DNA from: Candidatus Vogelbacteria bacterium
Lineage (GTDB): Bacteria; Patescibacteriota; Minisyncoccia; Phycocordibacterales; XYD1-FULL-46-19
Reading direction: 5' to 3'
NCBI GenBank assembly: GCA_021414225.1
Contig: JAIOOX010000005.1
Span: forward strand, 1-46,185
DNA length: 46,185 bases
Part shown: piece after piece, positions 19,390-29,678 of the stretch
Numbering within the stretch: the first letter of the stretch is position 1
Layout of the letters: each line of letters opens with the position of its first letter
The notes under the pieces: model-generated
What the model saw: the letters and a program-made list of their open reading frames with translations, nothing else
Told to the model about the DNA's origin: nothing
Database searches by the model: none
Made by a program: the position numbers and the translations under genes

Positions 19390-20184
19390 CTATTTGATTA
19401 ATTCCAAAATAATTAAACTCCGAAATTTAGCAATTTTTCTAACACTTGATAATCGGTAACCTTCGAACCGTTGCAAAAAAACATCTAACGGTACCGCAGT
19501 TAAATCTTCGTGATACTCACCTATCCAAATCATAGGTTTATATCCTAAAGATTCAGGCTTAATAGCTGTGGTTTCTGTTCCTTCAATATCAAACTTAACC
19601 ACATCAAATGATCCGTATTTCTTTTCTAAATCTACCAAGGTCATAGCTGGAACGGAAACTTTTTTTGCCTTAGCATCTCTAATCAATGTAGATCCTGAAA
19701 TACTAACTCCAAAGTTTAAATAAAAATCAACTACCCCTCCATGATCTGAAATCGCCTTAGGTTCTATTACGATACCGTTATCCCCGAAATCACTTAGGTT
19801 TATTTTAAGTTTTTCTATATTACCTGGATCAGCCTCAACTGAAATGACCTGAGCTCCAGGAAATTTATTTGCTAAATATATTGAAGAATAACCACGGTTT
19901 GACCCCAAATCTAAAACCCTCTTAACCAGAGCTTGATCAACTTCGACAAAATACTCTTCAAAAATAAAAATCTCAAAAAAAGTACCCATATCCGTCCAAT
20001 CAAAAATAAAAAGGGATTTATTTTTAAATTTTATGTGTATGGTTGGTATTGGTATTTTTATTTTTTTAAAAAAAGGGCACAAAAAAGACCAGAAAAATAA
20101 TCTCAATTTACTGATAAAAGTTAACTCAAGCTGCCATATCTTAAGTCTATTTGATATAAATTTTATAAACCTATCTAATTTCAT
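19390..20184 (-). CDS. FkbM-family methyltransferase
   Basis: 'VLDLGSNRGYSSIYLA' and 'FDVVKFDIEGTE' are the FkbM hallmark blocks. Confidence 0.7.
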   Translation of the reverse strand: MKLDRFIKFISNRLKIWQLELTFISKLRLFFWSFLCPFFKKIKIPIPTIHIKFKNKSLFIFDWTDMGTFFEIFIFEEYFVEVDQALVKRVLDLGSNRGYSSIYLANKFPGAQVISVEADPGNIEKLKINLSDFGDNGIVIEPKAISDHGGVVDFYLNFGVSISGSTLIRDAKAKKVSVPAMTLVDLEKKYGSFDVVKFDIEGTETTAIKPESLGYKPMIWIGEYHEDLTAVPLDVFLQRFEGYRLSSVRKIAKFRSLIILELIK

Positions 20185-21220
20185 TAAATATTTTAGAACT
20201 TAAACTAGTCAAGGAATGATTAATAACAACATCATGTAAACAGGATCTGTCTCTCTCAGTAGGTGCAAATTTCAACATCGTTTTTAACTTACTAGCTAAG
20301 TCTCGATGATCATCTTCAATAAAAATAAAGTCATTATTTATTTGTCCTACTAGATTTTTATTACAAACAACTGGTAAACACCCACAGGCGATCGATTCAA
20401 AAATAGTTTTATCATACATACCACTTGAACTTAGATTAACAAATATTTTATGACTATTATAAATATTGGCAGTTGAACTATTTGGTACACCTGAATAAAA
20501 CTTAATTTGTCTGTCGAGGCCACCTTGAACAACTTTTTCTTGTAGTTCTTGGTAGTAGCCCTGATCCGACTCCAAAGGGTCACCATAGACACTAGCTGAA
20601 AAGTCTATATTTTCATTTTTTAAATATTTTAGGGCTTCAATCAAAACGTGAATTTTTTTAACTGGAGAAATTCTACCTACAAAAAGAATGGACTTTGGAA
20701 TTTTCTCGCCAACTAGATTTTCTTTAAATAAATCAAGATCTATACCCACCGGCATTAAAACTGTTTTTCGATATTTGGCAGTGTAGGAATATTTTGAAGT
20801 ACAAAAAACCTTATCACAAAAAAGGACACTTAAATCAGTAAGCCATGAGCCTGAATGATGATTTCTCCACATAAAAACTTTTTTACCCAAAAACCACCAC
20901 AACCAGCCAGCCAAAATAACATACTCCTGATTCATATGAACCAGTACGGCGTCATATTTCTTTCTTTCTTTCAAAAGAAAAAAGAAGTAACGCCATAAAT
21001 ACACTGCCTTGGATTTTTTTATCTCTTTACCTAAAGATAAAACCTTAACGTTGCCAGGTAAGTTATACTCACCCTTTCCTAAACAAATAACTGTAATTGA
21101 ATTAAATTTCTGCGAAAATGCCAATATCCAACCATGAAAAAAACCTAATATCGGATCAGCTAAATCAACCTTCTGAGTAATAATTAGCAGCTTCATACCT
21201 AAATTAGTCTCGAGCAACAA
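20171..21220 (-). CDS. Glycosyltransferase, GT4-like (divergent)
   Basis: GT-B layout, 'FVGRISPVKKIHVLIEA' and 'DKTIFESIACGCLPVVCN'. Confidence 0.55.
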   Translation of the reverse strand: MLLETNLGMKLLIITQKVDLADPILGFFHGWILAFSQKFNSITVICLGKGEYNLPGNVKVLSLGKEIKKSKAVYLWRYFFFLLKERKKYDAVLVHMNQEYVILAGWLWWFLGKKVFMWRNHHSGSWLTDLSVLFCDKVFCTSKYSYTAKYRKTVLMPVGIDLDLFKENLVGEKIPKSILFVGRISPVKKIHVLIEALKYLKNENIDFSASVYGDPLESDQGYYQELQEKVVQGGLDRQIKFYSGVPNSSTANIYNSHKIFVNLSSSGMYDKTIFESIACGCLPVVCNKNLVGQINNDFIFIEDDHRDLASKLKTMLKFAPTERDRSCLHDVVINHSLTSLSSKIFNEIR

Positions 21221-21842
21221 AAACTAGATCAAAACTACACCAGCCCGGAAACCAACGAGCTAGTTTGACCCATCTACCCAATCCAATTATTTCGACTTTA
21301 GAAAAATACTTCCCCAGAACAGACCTTAGTTCGTTAATATGGAAATGGTTGATGTGGGTAGGGTCTGAAAGCGGTGTTCCTTTTTTTGATCCCAATAAAT
21401 ACCGTAGTCTATTTTTAAAATTAAAAGGATTAGGTACAGAGCCAATAAAAACACCACCACTATTTAAATGACCCCTGACTTTCTTAATTACCTCTTCCGG
21501 GTAATAAACGTGCTCTAGAACCTCTCCAGCTACTACACAGTCAAACGACCGCCCTGATATCTCAGCCCAGTTACCATGAAGGTCCAAAATGGTCGTTTCT
21601 ATATTAAGCCTCTCTTTAGCCCTTAATAGACTAATGGAATCGACATCAACCCCTAAAACTTTGTTTCCTTCAACAAAAAAACTAGTTAGAGCGCCATCAC
21701 GACAACCAATATCTAAAACCATTTTATTTTGACCCACTAAGAATTTAAATAATTTCCCCCTAGCTTCTTTTAGGATACTAAAATCTTCAGCTCGAGCTGT
21801 AGAATGGTGATATTCGTATATTTGGGCTGTAGAATTTTTCAC
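21204..21842 (-). CDS. Class I SAM-dependent methyltransferase
   Basis: 'VLDIGCRDGALTSF', 'VLGVDVD' and 'FDCVVAGEVLEHV'. Confidence 0.75.
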   Translation of the reverse strand: MKNSTAQIYEYHHSTARAEDFSILKEARGKLFKFLVGQNKMVLDIGCRDGALTSFFVEGNKVLGVDVDSISLLRAKERLNIETTILDLHGNWAEISGRSFDCVVAGEVLEHVYYPEEVIKKVRGHLNSGGVFIGSVPNPFNFKNRLRYLLGSKKGTPLSDPTHINHFHINELRSVLGKYFSKVEIIGLGRWVKLARWFPGWCSFDLVFVARD

Positions 21843-22921
21843 TCTAAACTGGTCTTAAAAATTTTAATATACTCTTCCTTAGTTAGATTAAATTTGGCCG
21901 GAAACAATACTGGGCCAGGTTTACTTAATACAGCGATCATCTTACCAGCAAAATCGTCAGGGGTAAAATCAGCAATTGTTACACCGGCTTCTTTGGCTAT
22001 ACCAACGTCAGTTGAAACTACTGGACAACCACAAACCAATGCTTCTAGCAGGGTCCGCCCAAAACCCTCATACCAGGAAGTATTTACAAATAAATCAGCT
22101 GTTTTATAACAAGAAGTCAGATCATCTGACCAACCCCTAAAAACCACCCTGCCTTCAAGGCCTAAAGCTTTGACCTGATTTTCTAAATTTAACCTCTCCG
22201 GACCATCACCAACAATAATTAAACCAGCCATTGGCCTTTGCTCTGATATCTTTTTAAAAGACAACAAAGCAAGACTGATATTTTTTTCTCTAGTCAGGCG
22301 AGATGAAATTAAAATAATTTCATCAAACTGAGGATACAATTTTCTTAAATCAATTTTAACTGGAGCTGATCTATATTCCCCAAAATCCATCCAGACCGGC
22401 AGAATGGTTATATTTTTTTCTTCAACTCCGAAACTAGAAATTAAAAAATCTTTTATTTTACTTGAAACAACCCTGACCTTGTCCGCTCTTGGTAATAAGT
22501 AACCAGCAATCAATAAACGAATTCTGTTTTTAAACAGATCTTTTCTAAAATAAAAATTACCCAAGTCAGTATGAACTTGTAGTTGTAGTTTGACCCTACT
22601 TATTTTAGAAACTAAATAAGCAATACAGCCAACCTCAAACGGATCTTGAGCTGTGATAACAACTCCGGTTTTTCCTATTTTTTTTACTATTTGCAAACCT
22701 ATCGACAAAGCTGTTGCATATCCAAAAAAATAAAAACTTGCTTGACCGCTATATAAAAACAAATTAGGTGGTAAAAGCTCTGGTAAATATTTTTGACGGC
22801 CAGATGATAAAACTATTATATGAACTTGTTCAAAGGCACCAGCCAGGTCCAGCATCCTTTTTTGGACTGAACTAGACTTGTCAAATATTTTAGTATCTTT
22901 GGAAAAGATAATTAGTTTCAT
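21839..22921 (-). CDS. Glycosyltransferase, GT4-type
   Basis: 'SSRLTREKNISLAL' and 'TSWYEGFGRTLLEALVCGCPVVSTDVG'. Confidence 0.8.
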   Translation of the reverse strand: MKLIIFSKDTKIFDKSSSVQKRMLDLAGAFEQVHIIVLSSGRQKYLPELLPPNLFLYSGQASFYFFGYATALSIGLQIVKKIGKTGVVITAQDPFEVGCIAYLVSKISRVKLQLQVHTDLGNFYFRKDLFKNRIRLLIAGYLLPRADKVRVVSSKIKDFLISSFGVEEKNITILPVWMDFGEYRSAPVKIDLRKLYPQFDEIILISSRLTREKNISLALLSFKKISEQRPMAGLIIVGDGPERLNLENQVKALGLEGRVVFRGWSDDLTSCYKTADLFVNTSWYEGFGRTLLEALVCGCPVVSTDVGIAKEAGVTIADFTPDDFAGKMIAVLSKPGPVLFPAKFNLTKEEYIKIFKTSLE

Positions 22922-23979
22922 TTTTTTGTCATTATAAGCATGATCTCATCAGCAATTTCAACCCAACTGTGTCTGTATTCAGAACTATTTATTTTATCGA
23001 CCAGTGAACGATAAACTTCCGGTTTACTTATTTCAACCATTGCCTCAGCGATAGCTAAACTATCTAAAGGGTCGACCCATAGACCAAGATCTTTTAGATT
23101 TTCATACAGACCACACTCCTTCGTACAGACAAAAGGCTTACCAAAACGCAAACCATCTAAAATCATATTAGGACTAATATCACCAAGGGATACTAAAATA
23201 ATAGCTTGAGATTTCTCGATCACTTTCATAAAATCCTGATACGAAACATTGTCATCAAATAAACGTAATTTAGGATTACTTTTTTGAGCTATAGCTAAAG
23301 CTTTTTCCAAAATTCCTTTATTTTTCCAAACCAAACCCCGACTAGATGACACTAGTATAAAATCACTGTGCACCTCAGGTGAGTCGGTCTTTTTTTGATC
23401 TTGAGTACCCAAATAATTACTAACAATGACCATAGACTGGGAGGATAAACAATATGGTTCTAACCAGATAGACTGCTGCCATTTAGTGGAAAAGATTATA
23501 GTTTTTGCTTGAGATAAAACAAACCTGGTCGTTTTGAAAATAATTCTTTCTTTGAAACTTAAGTTCTGCATTTCTGTTTTATAAAAATCTCGCAATAAAA
23601 CCGGTTTTTTAGTTCTCTCTACATAACTTTCCCATAAAAAATCTCCCCCAGTCCTAACTACAAATTTTTTCCGCAACAACAAACAAGCAGTCGCTACCGG
23701 CAAAGCCACACTCCAAGTATCAAGGATAAAAATAAAATCAGCCCGCCAAATAGTTGGTAAAATTTTACCCAAATAAAACAGATGACGAATCCCGGTCGGC
23801 AAAAAATATTCAAACGTAAAAGTTTTAACCACCACTTTAAAACCTTTTAGCCGCCACTCTCTCTCCACGTTAACGGCATACTGAGCTGGGCCACCAATTG
23901 CCGGCGGATATATACCCGTCGCTATTAAAATCAACTGGCCTTGAGACTTATTTACTATCATTGGTAGTAAGCAAATCAA
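22918..23979 (-). CDS. Glycosyltransferase-like protein (GT-B-like, divergent)
   Basis: 353-aa ORF translationally coupled on both sides. It has only a weak GT-B C-terminal pattern, 'ILDGLRFGKPFVCTKECG'. The function is inferred mainly from context. Confidence 0.4.
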   Translation of the reverse strand: MICLLPMIVNKSQGQLILIATGIYPPAIGGPAQYAVNVEREWRLKGFKVVVKTFTFEYFLPTGIRHLFYLGKILPTIWRADFIFILDTWSVALPVATACLLLRKKFVVRTGGDFLWESYVERTKKPVLLRDFYKTEMQNLSFKERIIFKTTRFVLSQAKTIIFSTKWQQSIWLEPYCLSSQSMVIVSNYLGTQDQKKTDSPEVHSDFILVSSSRGLVWKNKGILEKALAIAQKSNPKLRLFDDNVSYQDFMKVIEKSQAIILVSLGDISPNMILDGLRFGKPFVCTKECGLYENLKDLGLWVDPLDSLAIAEAMVEISKPEVYRSLVDKINSSEYRHSWVEIADEIMLIMTKK

Positions 23980-25108
23980 ATATCGGCTTCAGGCGCAAGA
24001 CGACCGACTCCCAAGTGTAATCTTGATGAACTTTAATAAAAGCTTTTTCAACCACCTCTTGAACCACTTCTTTATTACTAGACTGAAGAATATATGTTAT
24101 TTTTTCTGCTATATCCTTAGAATTATTAGGGTCTGCAAACCAACCAGTCCGCCCGTCATCAAGAAAATCTACAATACCACCTACCGCTGAAGCCAGTACT
24201 GGTACTTTGACTGCCATCGCTTCTAAAAAAGAATTACCTAAACCTTCCGAACGGCTAACTCGAGCGTAAACATCAGCTTGCCGCAAAAAGGTCAACATAT
24301 CTACCTGTGGTAAATAACCAATTATTTCTACCCGATCAGATAAACTCAACTCGTCTATGATTTTAGTTAATTTCCCCCGATCTGGACCATCGCCAACAAT
24401 AGCTAAATGAACATCTGATGGTAAATAAACCATTGCCCTGATCAGGGTATCAATATTATTTTTTTCAACTAACCGCGAAGTTGTCACCACCAACTTATAA
24501 TCTAAAATAAATTTATTGGTCGCTGGTTTAAACACTTCAAAATTAACCCCATTAGGGACGACTGTAATTGGCACATTAACTCCAGTTGTGACTGCTCTGC
24601 TTTTAAGATAATGACTAATAACTGTTACTTGGGTGGCACTTTTTAAAACAAATAAATACCAAGGTTTAATTAATAAGCGGTACAAAAAACTAACACCACC
24701 TACATATCGAGCTAAATGAGTTTCTTCGTCCCCTTCCTGTAAAGTTAGAAGTAATCGACCTTGAAAGAAAAATTTATTATAAATAGCTGTAGTCACGCCA
24801 GCCTGACTGGCCATCATCGCCCACAAAAAATTATATTTTCTTATTTGATTAAGTTTATAGGCTTTTATTACTCCGAAGATTGGTAATAGAAATTTCCCTA
24901 AAGTCCCTCTACCTACTCGATAAACAGTCACTCGACCAACAGTTTCAATTGGTAGGTATTCAGCACCAAAATTAACAGTGATCAAGTCAAAATCATAATC
25001 AATTAGTCGATCAGTAATTTCTTTGATCGCTATTTCTGCTCCACCCACAAATGGAAAATAAGCAGTCGAAAAAATAAGGACTCTTGGTTTTGAGATAGGA
25101 CTAACCAT
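23948..25108 (-). CDS. Glycosyltransferase, GT4-type
   Basis: 'FPFVGGAEIAIKEI' and 'SRSEGLGNSFLEAMAVKVPVLASAVGGIVDF'. Confidence 0.8.
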   Translation of the reverse strand: MVSPISKPRVLIFSTAYFPFVGGAEIAIKEITDRLIDYDFDLITVNFGAEYLPIETVGRVTVYRVGRGTLGKFLLPIFGVIKAYKLNQIRKYNFLWAMMASQAGVTTAIYNKFFFQGRLLLTLQEGDEETHLARYVGGVSFLYRLLIKPWYLFVLKSATQVTVISHYLKSRAVTTGVNVPITVVPNGVNFEVFKPATNKFILDYKLVVTTSRLVEKNNIDTLIRAMVYLPSDVHLAIVGDGPDRGKLTKIIDELSLSDRVEIIGYLPQVDMLTFLRQADVYARVSRSEGLGNSFLEAMAVKVPVLASAVGGIVDFLDDGRTGWFADPNNSKDIAEKITYILQSSNKEVVQEVVEKAFIKVHQDYTWESVVLRLKPIFDLLTTNDSK

Positions 25109-25111
25109 AAT

Positions 25112-26899
25112 TTACTGACTATCAACCGCCAACATTTGCCGTAAAACATCTTCCGGAATTTCTGGTACTAATGGTTTAACCGGATCTGACTTTTTTATCT
25201 GATCAGTTTCAGTCTTCTCTGGGGTTGGTTTTATACCATTTTTTATCTCCTCTATTTTAATATCTGATTTATTATCTCCCAACAATTCTTGAAGGGCTGA
25301 CCGTAATTCCGCCTTACTGGCACCAGTACTTTTCGGTTTGTCTTCTCGTTTTTTATTTTTAAGTTGATCTAAAGAAAAATGTTTTGCAGGAACTTCTTTA
25401 ACTGTCTCTGGTTGGGATTTAAAAACCGGTACCCCTTCGTAAGTCACCTCTTTAGGGGTTGGTTTTGGTTCTTGTTTGAGAGGAGCTGTTGGTTTATTAG
25501 TAGACCCAGTGACAGCTTTCGGTCGGTCATCAGATCGTCCGCCACCAACCTTTTTTTGATTACCATAACTATTGTTATTGGTTTTAGGTGCCTGACTAGC
25601 AGCTACCCTCGCTTCTTCAATCCAAGTAATAATCCGAGCTTCCACTTCCGCTCGTGGTTTAGAGTAATTTTGTCTTGACCAATCAATCAACTCTTGTTTA
25701 TTAGAATTAAGTAAAGCTGGAATAGGTGGTAAAGCCATCGCCGAAAACGGCTGAGACCCAACTCCATCAATCATTAAAGTTAAATACATCTGAAATCGCC
25801 CCATGTTCACCAAATCTTCTTTAGTAAAAGTCGGAAAAAATATCTTTTCAAACGTCTCGGCGTCTAGTGGACCAACTCGAAAACAAATAGTGGTACCCAC
25901 GTTACCAAATACCGCACTTTGGACTTCTTCCGGCATTTGTTCCACATACTGGTGAGCAATTGTCAGAGCTAGTTTATACTTACGAGCCTCTGACAAAATA
26001 TCGGCAAAAGATTCATTAGCAAAAGATTGAAACTCATCAACATATAAATAGAAAGAGGGCAACTTACGTAATTCCAACTCATGAACATTAGCTCTAGACA
26101 TCGCCGCCAAATAAAGTTTGGATACCAACATCCCACCCAACAGTCGCGCATTATCTTCACCCACCAAACCCTTGGACAAGTTAATAATAAAAATCTTTTT
26201 CTCGTCCATCGCTTTACGAAAGTCGATAGTTGATTTCGGTTGACCAATAATATTTCTAATCAACGGATTAGAAGAAAATTGACCAACTTTGTTTTGAATC
26301 GCTGGGGTGGCTTCTTGAGCAAATCGCTCGGTATAATTAGCAAACTCGTCTACCCAAAAAGATTTAACTGATGGATCTTGAATATTGTCCACCACCTTCT
26401 GACGATACTCTTTGTCAGAAAACATTCGGTTAACACCCAATAAAGTTGAGCCTGGGTATTCTAATAAGGCCAAAATAGTATTGTTCAGGATATATTCCAT
26501 TCGAGCTGACCACACATCAGCCCAAATAGTTTTAAAAGTAGCCATCAGACCATTAGCCACCAAGTGGCGCTGATCCTTGCCAACATCCTCCATAATATTA
26601 AAAGCAATCGGGTTATCTAAATCAAAAGGTGCAAAATAAATAACATCCTTCTTTCGTTCTAGTGGAATATAATCCAACAATAATTCGGCTGACTTACCGT
26701 GCGGATCAATAAAGGCTAAACCTTCACCGTTTTTAATATCTTGAATAGCCAGGTTTTCCAACAAGGTCGACTTACCCATACCGGTTTTACCGATAATATA
26801 CATATGACGAGCTCTGTCTTCAGACTTAATTCCGAAAGGAATTTTTTTACCGCGAAAATCAGTCTGAGCAAAATAGTTAATATGAGGATTGGAAGACAT
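25112..26899 (-). CDS. TraD/TrwB (type IV coupling protein)-like P-loop NTPase with a disordered K/P/E-rich C-terminal tail
   Basis: Walker A 'IIGKTGMGKSTLL' and Walker B-like 'FYLYVDEFQSF'. 'ARKYKLALTIAHQY' is typical of the TraM-recognition/T4CP C-terminal ATPase core. The last ~170 aa are low-complexity. Confidence 0.6.
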   Translation of the reverse strand: MSSNPHINYFAQTDFRGKKIPFGIKSEDRARHMYIIGKTGMGKSTLLENLAIQDIKNGEGLAFIDPHGKSAELLLDYIPLERKKDVIYFAPFDLDNPIAFNIMEDVGKDQRHLVANGLMATFKTIWADVWSARMEYILNNTILALLEYPGSTLLGVNRMFSDKEYRQKVVDNIQDPSVKSFWVDEFANYTERFAQEATPAIQNKVGQFSSNPLIRNIIGQPKSTIDFRKAMDEKKIFIINLSKGLVGEDNARLLGGMLVSKLYLAAMSRANVHELELRKLPSFYLYVDEFQSFANESFADILSEARKYKLALTIAHQYVEQMPEEVQSAVFGNVGTTICFRVGPLDAETFEKIFFPTFTKEDLVNMGRFQMYLTLMIDGVGSQPFSAMALPPIPALLNSNKQELIDWSRQNYSKPRAEVEARIITWIEEARVAASQAPKTNNNSYGNQKKVGGGRSDDRPKAVTGSTNKPTAPLKQEPKPTPKEVTYEGVPVFKSQPETVKEVPAKHFSLDQLKNKKREDKPKSTGASKAELRSALQELLGDNKSDIKIEEIKNGIKPTPEKTETDQIKKSDPVKPLVPEIPEDVLRQMLAVDSQ

Positions 26900-26948
26900 A
26901 ATTAGTTCTAGTATAGCGCAGGTTTACTAAGTTAAAAATAGTAATTGA

Positions 26949-28181
26949 TTAATTACTAACTGGTTTTGTTAACACTGCCGAGTCATAAGCCTCGCGAGTA
27001 TAAGTATTAGATGGATCCCACATCAGCCAACTAGTTAACCCAGCATCATAAACAGCCTGTTTTTGCGCTTTAACATCAGCGACCGTGTAAGTAACCGGAT
27101 AATCAAAATCTTGTAACCAGGGCCTAATTTTGTCTGGACTAGAACTAGCCGCAATCGCCCGCTTAACAGCTGAATCCATCACATATTTAATTATTTCATA
27201 AGGTGCTTCGTTTGGATCAGCATAACCATTAAAATGAGGCGGATAATGTGATGGGTAAATCATCGGTGAGACGTAATCAAAATAAGGTAAGGCGTTTTCA
27301 AAAATCTGACCAATATTCATATCATCAAAAGTGGTGGTGGTCATACCAAACAAGTCAGCTGACAACGGCACCCCAAGTGGCTCAAGAGTCTTATCAATAT
27401 AACTAAAGAAATTTTTGATCACCGCCGATCTGGTCGTAGAAGCCAAATTAGAATGAGGGTAAGTTAGATTCCGTAAATCACCATCAGAAGGAAACCTAAT
27501 ATAATCAAAATTTATTTCATCGAAACCAAGCTCGTGAGCTTCTTTGGCAATTTCGGCCACATACTCCCACACCTCTTCAGCGCCTGGATCAACCCAAGAC
27601 AACCCCTTTCTATCTTTCCAGACAGCGCCATCACCTGATCTCAACACCGCTAAGTCTGGTCGAACTTTAGCTAAATAAGGATCCTGAAAAGTAGCAATCC
27701 GAGCAATCACATAAATATCATCTTTATGTAAGTCTTCAATAATAGTCGCCAGGTCACGAATTCTATTTTCCGTTGAACCAATTTTCGTAATTATCTGATT
27801 ATCAGTCGTAAAAGACACCTTACCAGTATCGTCTTTAACATCAATTACGACTGCATTGATTTCCGTGTCTTTAATTAAATTAACCACCCGGTTTCTCAAA
27901 GAAGGAGTGCTCGCCACCCAACTGGTCATATAAATAGCTTTCACCGGCTCTGGAGTGGCTAAGTGAACTCTCTTTTTAGTCTCTATTTTTTCTAAACTAG
28001 TAGTGGCTCCTAAACTGCCGTAAATCGGAACTGTATAATCCGAAGCAGTCACAAAATCTCCAGCATACAAAAAATAACCCACCAGCAATAAACAAAATAA
28101 TCCCAGACCAAGATAAATACCGAGGTGGGATGATTTTGGCATAAGTTTAAATAATTTATTGATTGCTCTCGTTATTATCAC
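26949..28181 (-). CDS. Membrane-anchored putative glycoside hydrolase (DUF4015/GHL TIM-barrel-like)
   Basis: N-terminal TM helix. 'VKAIYMTSWVA', 'NAVVIDVKDDTGKVSF' and 'FDEINFDYIRFP' resemble the DUF4015 family. This is recalled from memory, not aligned. Confidence 0.5.
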   Translation of the reverse strand: MIITRAINKLFKLMPKSSHLGIYLGLGLFCLLLVGYFLYAGDFVTASDYTVPIYGSLGATTSLEKIETKKRVHLATPEPVKAIYMTSWVASTPSLRNRVVNLIKDTEINAVVIDVKDDTGKVSFTTDNQIITKIGSTENRIRDLATIIEDLHKDDIYVIARIATFQDPYLAKVRPDLAVLRSGDGAVWKDRKGLSWVDPGAEEVWEYVAEIAKEAHELGFDEINFDYIRFPSDGDLRNLTYPHSNLASTTRSAVIKNFFSYIDKTLEPLGVPLSADLFGMTTTTFDDMNIGQIFENALPYFDYVSPMIYPSHYPPHFNGYADPNEAPYEIIKYVMDSAVKRAIAASSSPDKIRPWLQDFDYPVTYTVADVKAQKQAVYDAGLTSWLMWDPSNTYTREAYDSAVLTKPVSN

Positions 28182-28371
28182 TCACTTCAGAAACAGTTCT
28201 CAAAAATTCTTCTCGATGTCTAGTTCCAGTAAAACCAAATAAAGCTATAATTGCCCCCAAAATCACAAATAAACTAGTCTTAATCACACTTGGAAAACCA
28301 GTGAAAGGTAGCACAATGATCATCAAACCCAATATCGCGCTAGCTCGGTTGCGCCAAATAATATTATGCAT
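28156..28371 (-). CDS. Small two-TM membrane protein
   Basis: 71 aa with two hydrophobic helices (ILGLMIIVLPFTGF, LFVILGAIIALFGF). It is on the same strand as its neighbours and overlaps the next gene start by 26 nt. Confidence 0.4.
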   Translation of the reverse strand: MHNIIWRNRASAILGLMIIVLPFTGFPSVIKTSLFVILGAIIALFGFTGTRHREEFLRTVSEVSDNNESNQ

Positions 28372-28382
28372 AATGTGTTGGA

Positions 28383-29675
28383 TTATAACATACTTTTAGC
28401 TATTTCCACAACATTGCCAGCCCCCATTGTGATAACCACTTCCCCACTTTCGAGGGTTGTTTTTAGCCTAATTTTAGCCTCAGAAAAGCTCTCCACAGCC
28501 AAAACTTGGACTTGATGCTTACTTATCTCGTCGACTAATATTTGATGACTAATTGTCGGATCGGCCGTCTCTCGCGCTGCATAAATTGGTAAAATAATGA
28601 CCTCGTCAGCCAGAGTAAAGCTGCCAGCAAAGTCATTAAGTAATAATTTAGTTCGAGAATATAAATGAGGTTGGAACACGACAACAATTTTTTTAGCTGG
28701 CCATTTTTCTCGAGCACCAGCTAAGGTCGCTTGGATTTCTTTTGGATGATGAGCGTAATCGTCATAAACCAAAACTCCATCTTTAGTTGTACCCAAATAT
28801 TCAAATCGGCGCCAAGTGCCAGTAAACTTTTCTAAAGCCCCTCGACTAAGCGTGATGGATATTTTCAACCAATCGGCCACCGTTAACACCACTCCAGCAT
28901 CCAGTCGATTGTGTTCGCCTGGCACATTAAGTTTAAGGTTGGGGTCAATAAATTTTGTATAATCAACAATTTGGCAAGTTGCGTCTTTAATTACTGGTCC
29001 AATATTAGGATCACTTGGGTTACAAATCACCACACCATCAACTGGAACTTTCAACACCAACTCCCGAAAGGCTGATTGAATGTCGGCCAGATCTTCATAA
29101 TAATCAAGATGATCAGCATCAATATTAATAATGGCTAAAACTTTCGGAGTAAATTGTAAAAAATGACGGCGATATTCATCAGCCTCCACTACTAACCATT
29201 TACTATTACCAGCTTGGAAATTACTTTTGGTTTTAGCTCGGATAGAACCGACCACCACCGTGGGATCAAGACCAGCATCTTCCAAGACATCGGCCACCAT
29301 CGAAGTGGTGGTGGTTTTACCGTGAGTTCCAGCAATAGCAATCACATCATATCCTGAGGCTATTAAGCCAAGGGCCTCGAAATATGATAAGCAGGGCTTA
29401 CCGGAAGTTTTGGCTTGCGCCAAAACTTCCGGATTATTAGTTAGCCACGCATCACTATAAATATATAAGTCTGCTTCTGGTAAATTAGCTGGATCTAGAT
29501 CTAAAGAAATTTGCACTCCTGATTGTCTTAAGCCGTCCAAAGTGTCTGGACTGGGCCCATCATTAGTGCCGGACACTTCTTTACCTTGGTGTACTAATAA
29601 CCGAGCCAGAGATGAAATCCCCACTCCCCCAATCCCAATGCAGTGGATTTTATTAATTTTTTCTAAATCAATCAT
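28383..29675 (-). CDS. murC: UDP-N-acetylmuramate--L-alanine ligase
   Basis: 'IHCIGIGGVGISSLARLL', 'IAGTHGKTTTTSM' and 'DDYAHHP' Mur-ligase blocks in MurC order. Confidence 0.9.
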   Translation of the reverse strand: MIDLEKINKIHCIGIGGVGISSLARLLVHQGKEVSGTNDGPSPDTLDGLRQSGVQISLDLDPANLPEADLYIYSDAWLTNNPEVLAQAKTSGKPCLSYFEALGLIASGYDVIAIAGTHGKTTTTSMVADVLEDAGLDPTVVVGSIRAKTKSNFQAGNSKWLVVEADEYRRHFLQFTPKVLAIINIDADHLDYYEDLADIQSAFRELVLKVPVDGVVICNPSDPNIGPVIKDATCQIVDYTKFIDPNLKLNVPGEHNRLDAGVVLTVADWLKISITLSRGALEKFTGTWRRFEYLGTTKDGVLVYDDYAHHPKEIQATLAGAREKWPAKKIVVVFQPHLYSRTKLLLNDFAGSFTLADEVIILPIYAARETADPTISHQILVDEISKHQVQVLAVESFSEAKIRLKTTLESGEVVITMGAGNVVEIAKSML

Positions 29676-29678
29676 ATC

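Noticed and set aside
18634-28717. Short ORFs from the track: 18634..18897(+), 21265..21471(+), 21804..22109(+), 25379..25678(+), 25969..26247(-), 28163..28399(+), 28535..28717(-)
   Set aside because: Each lies antisense to, or out of frame within, a longer CDS with clear family motifs (GT4, methyltransferase, T4CP-like ATPase, MurC). None has an RBS or domain signature.
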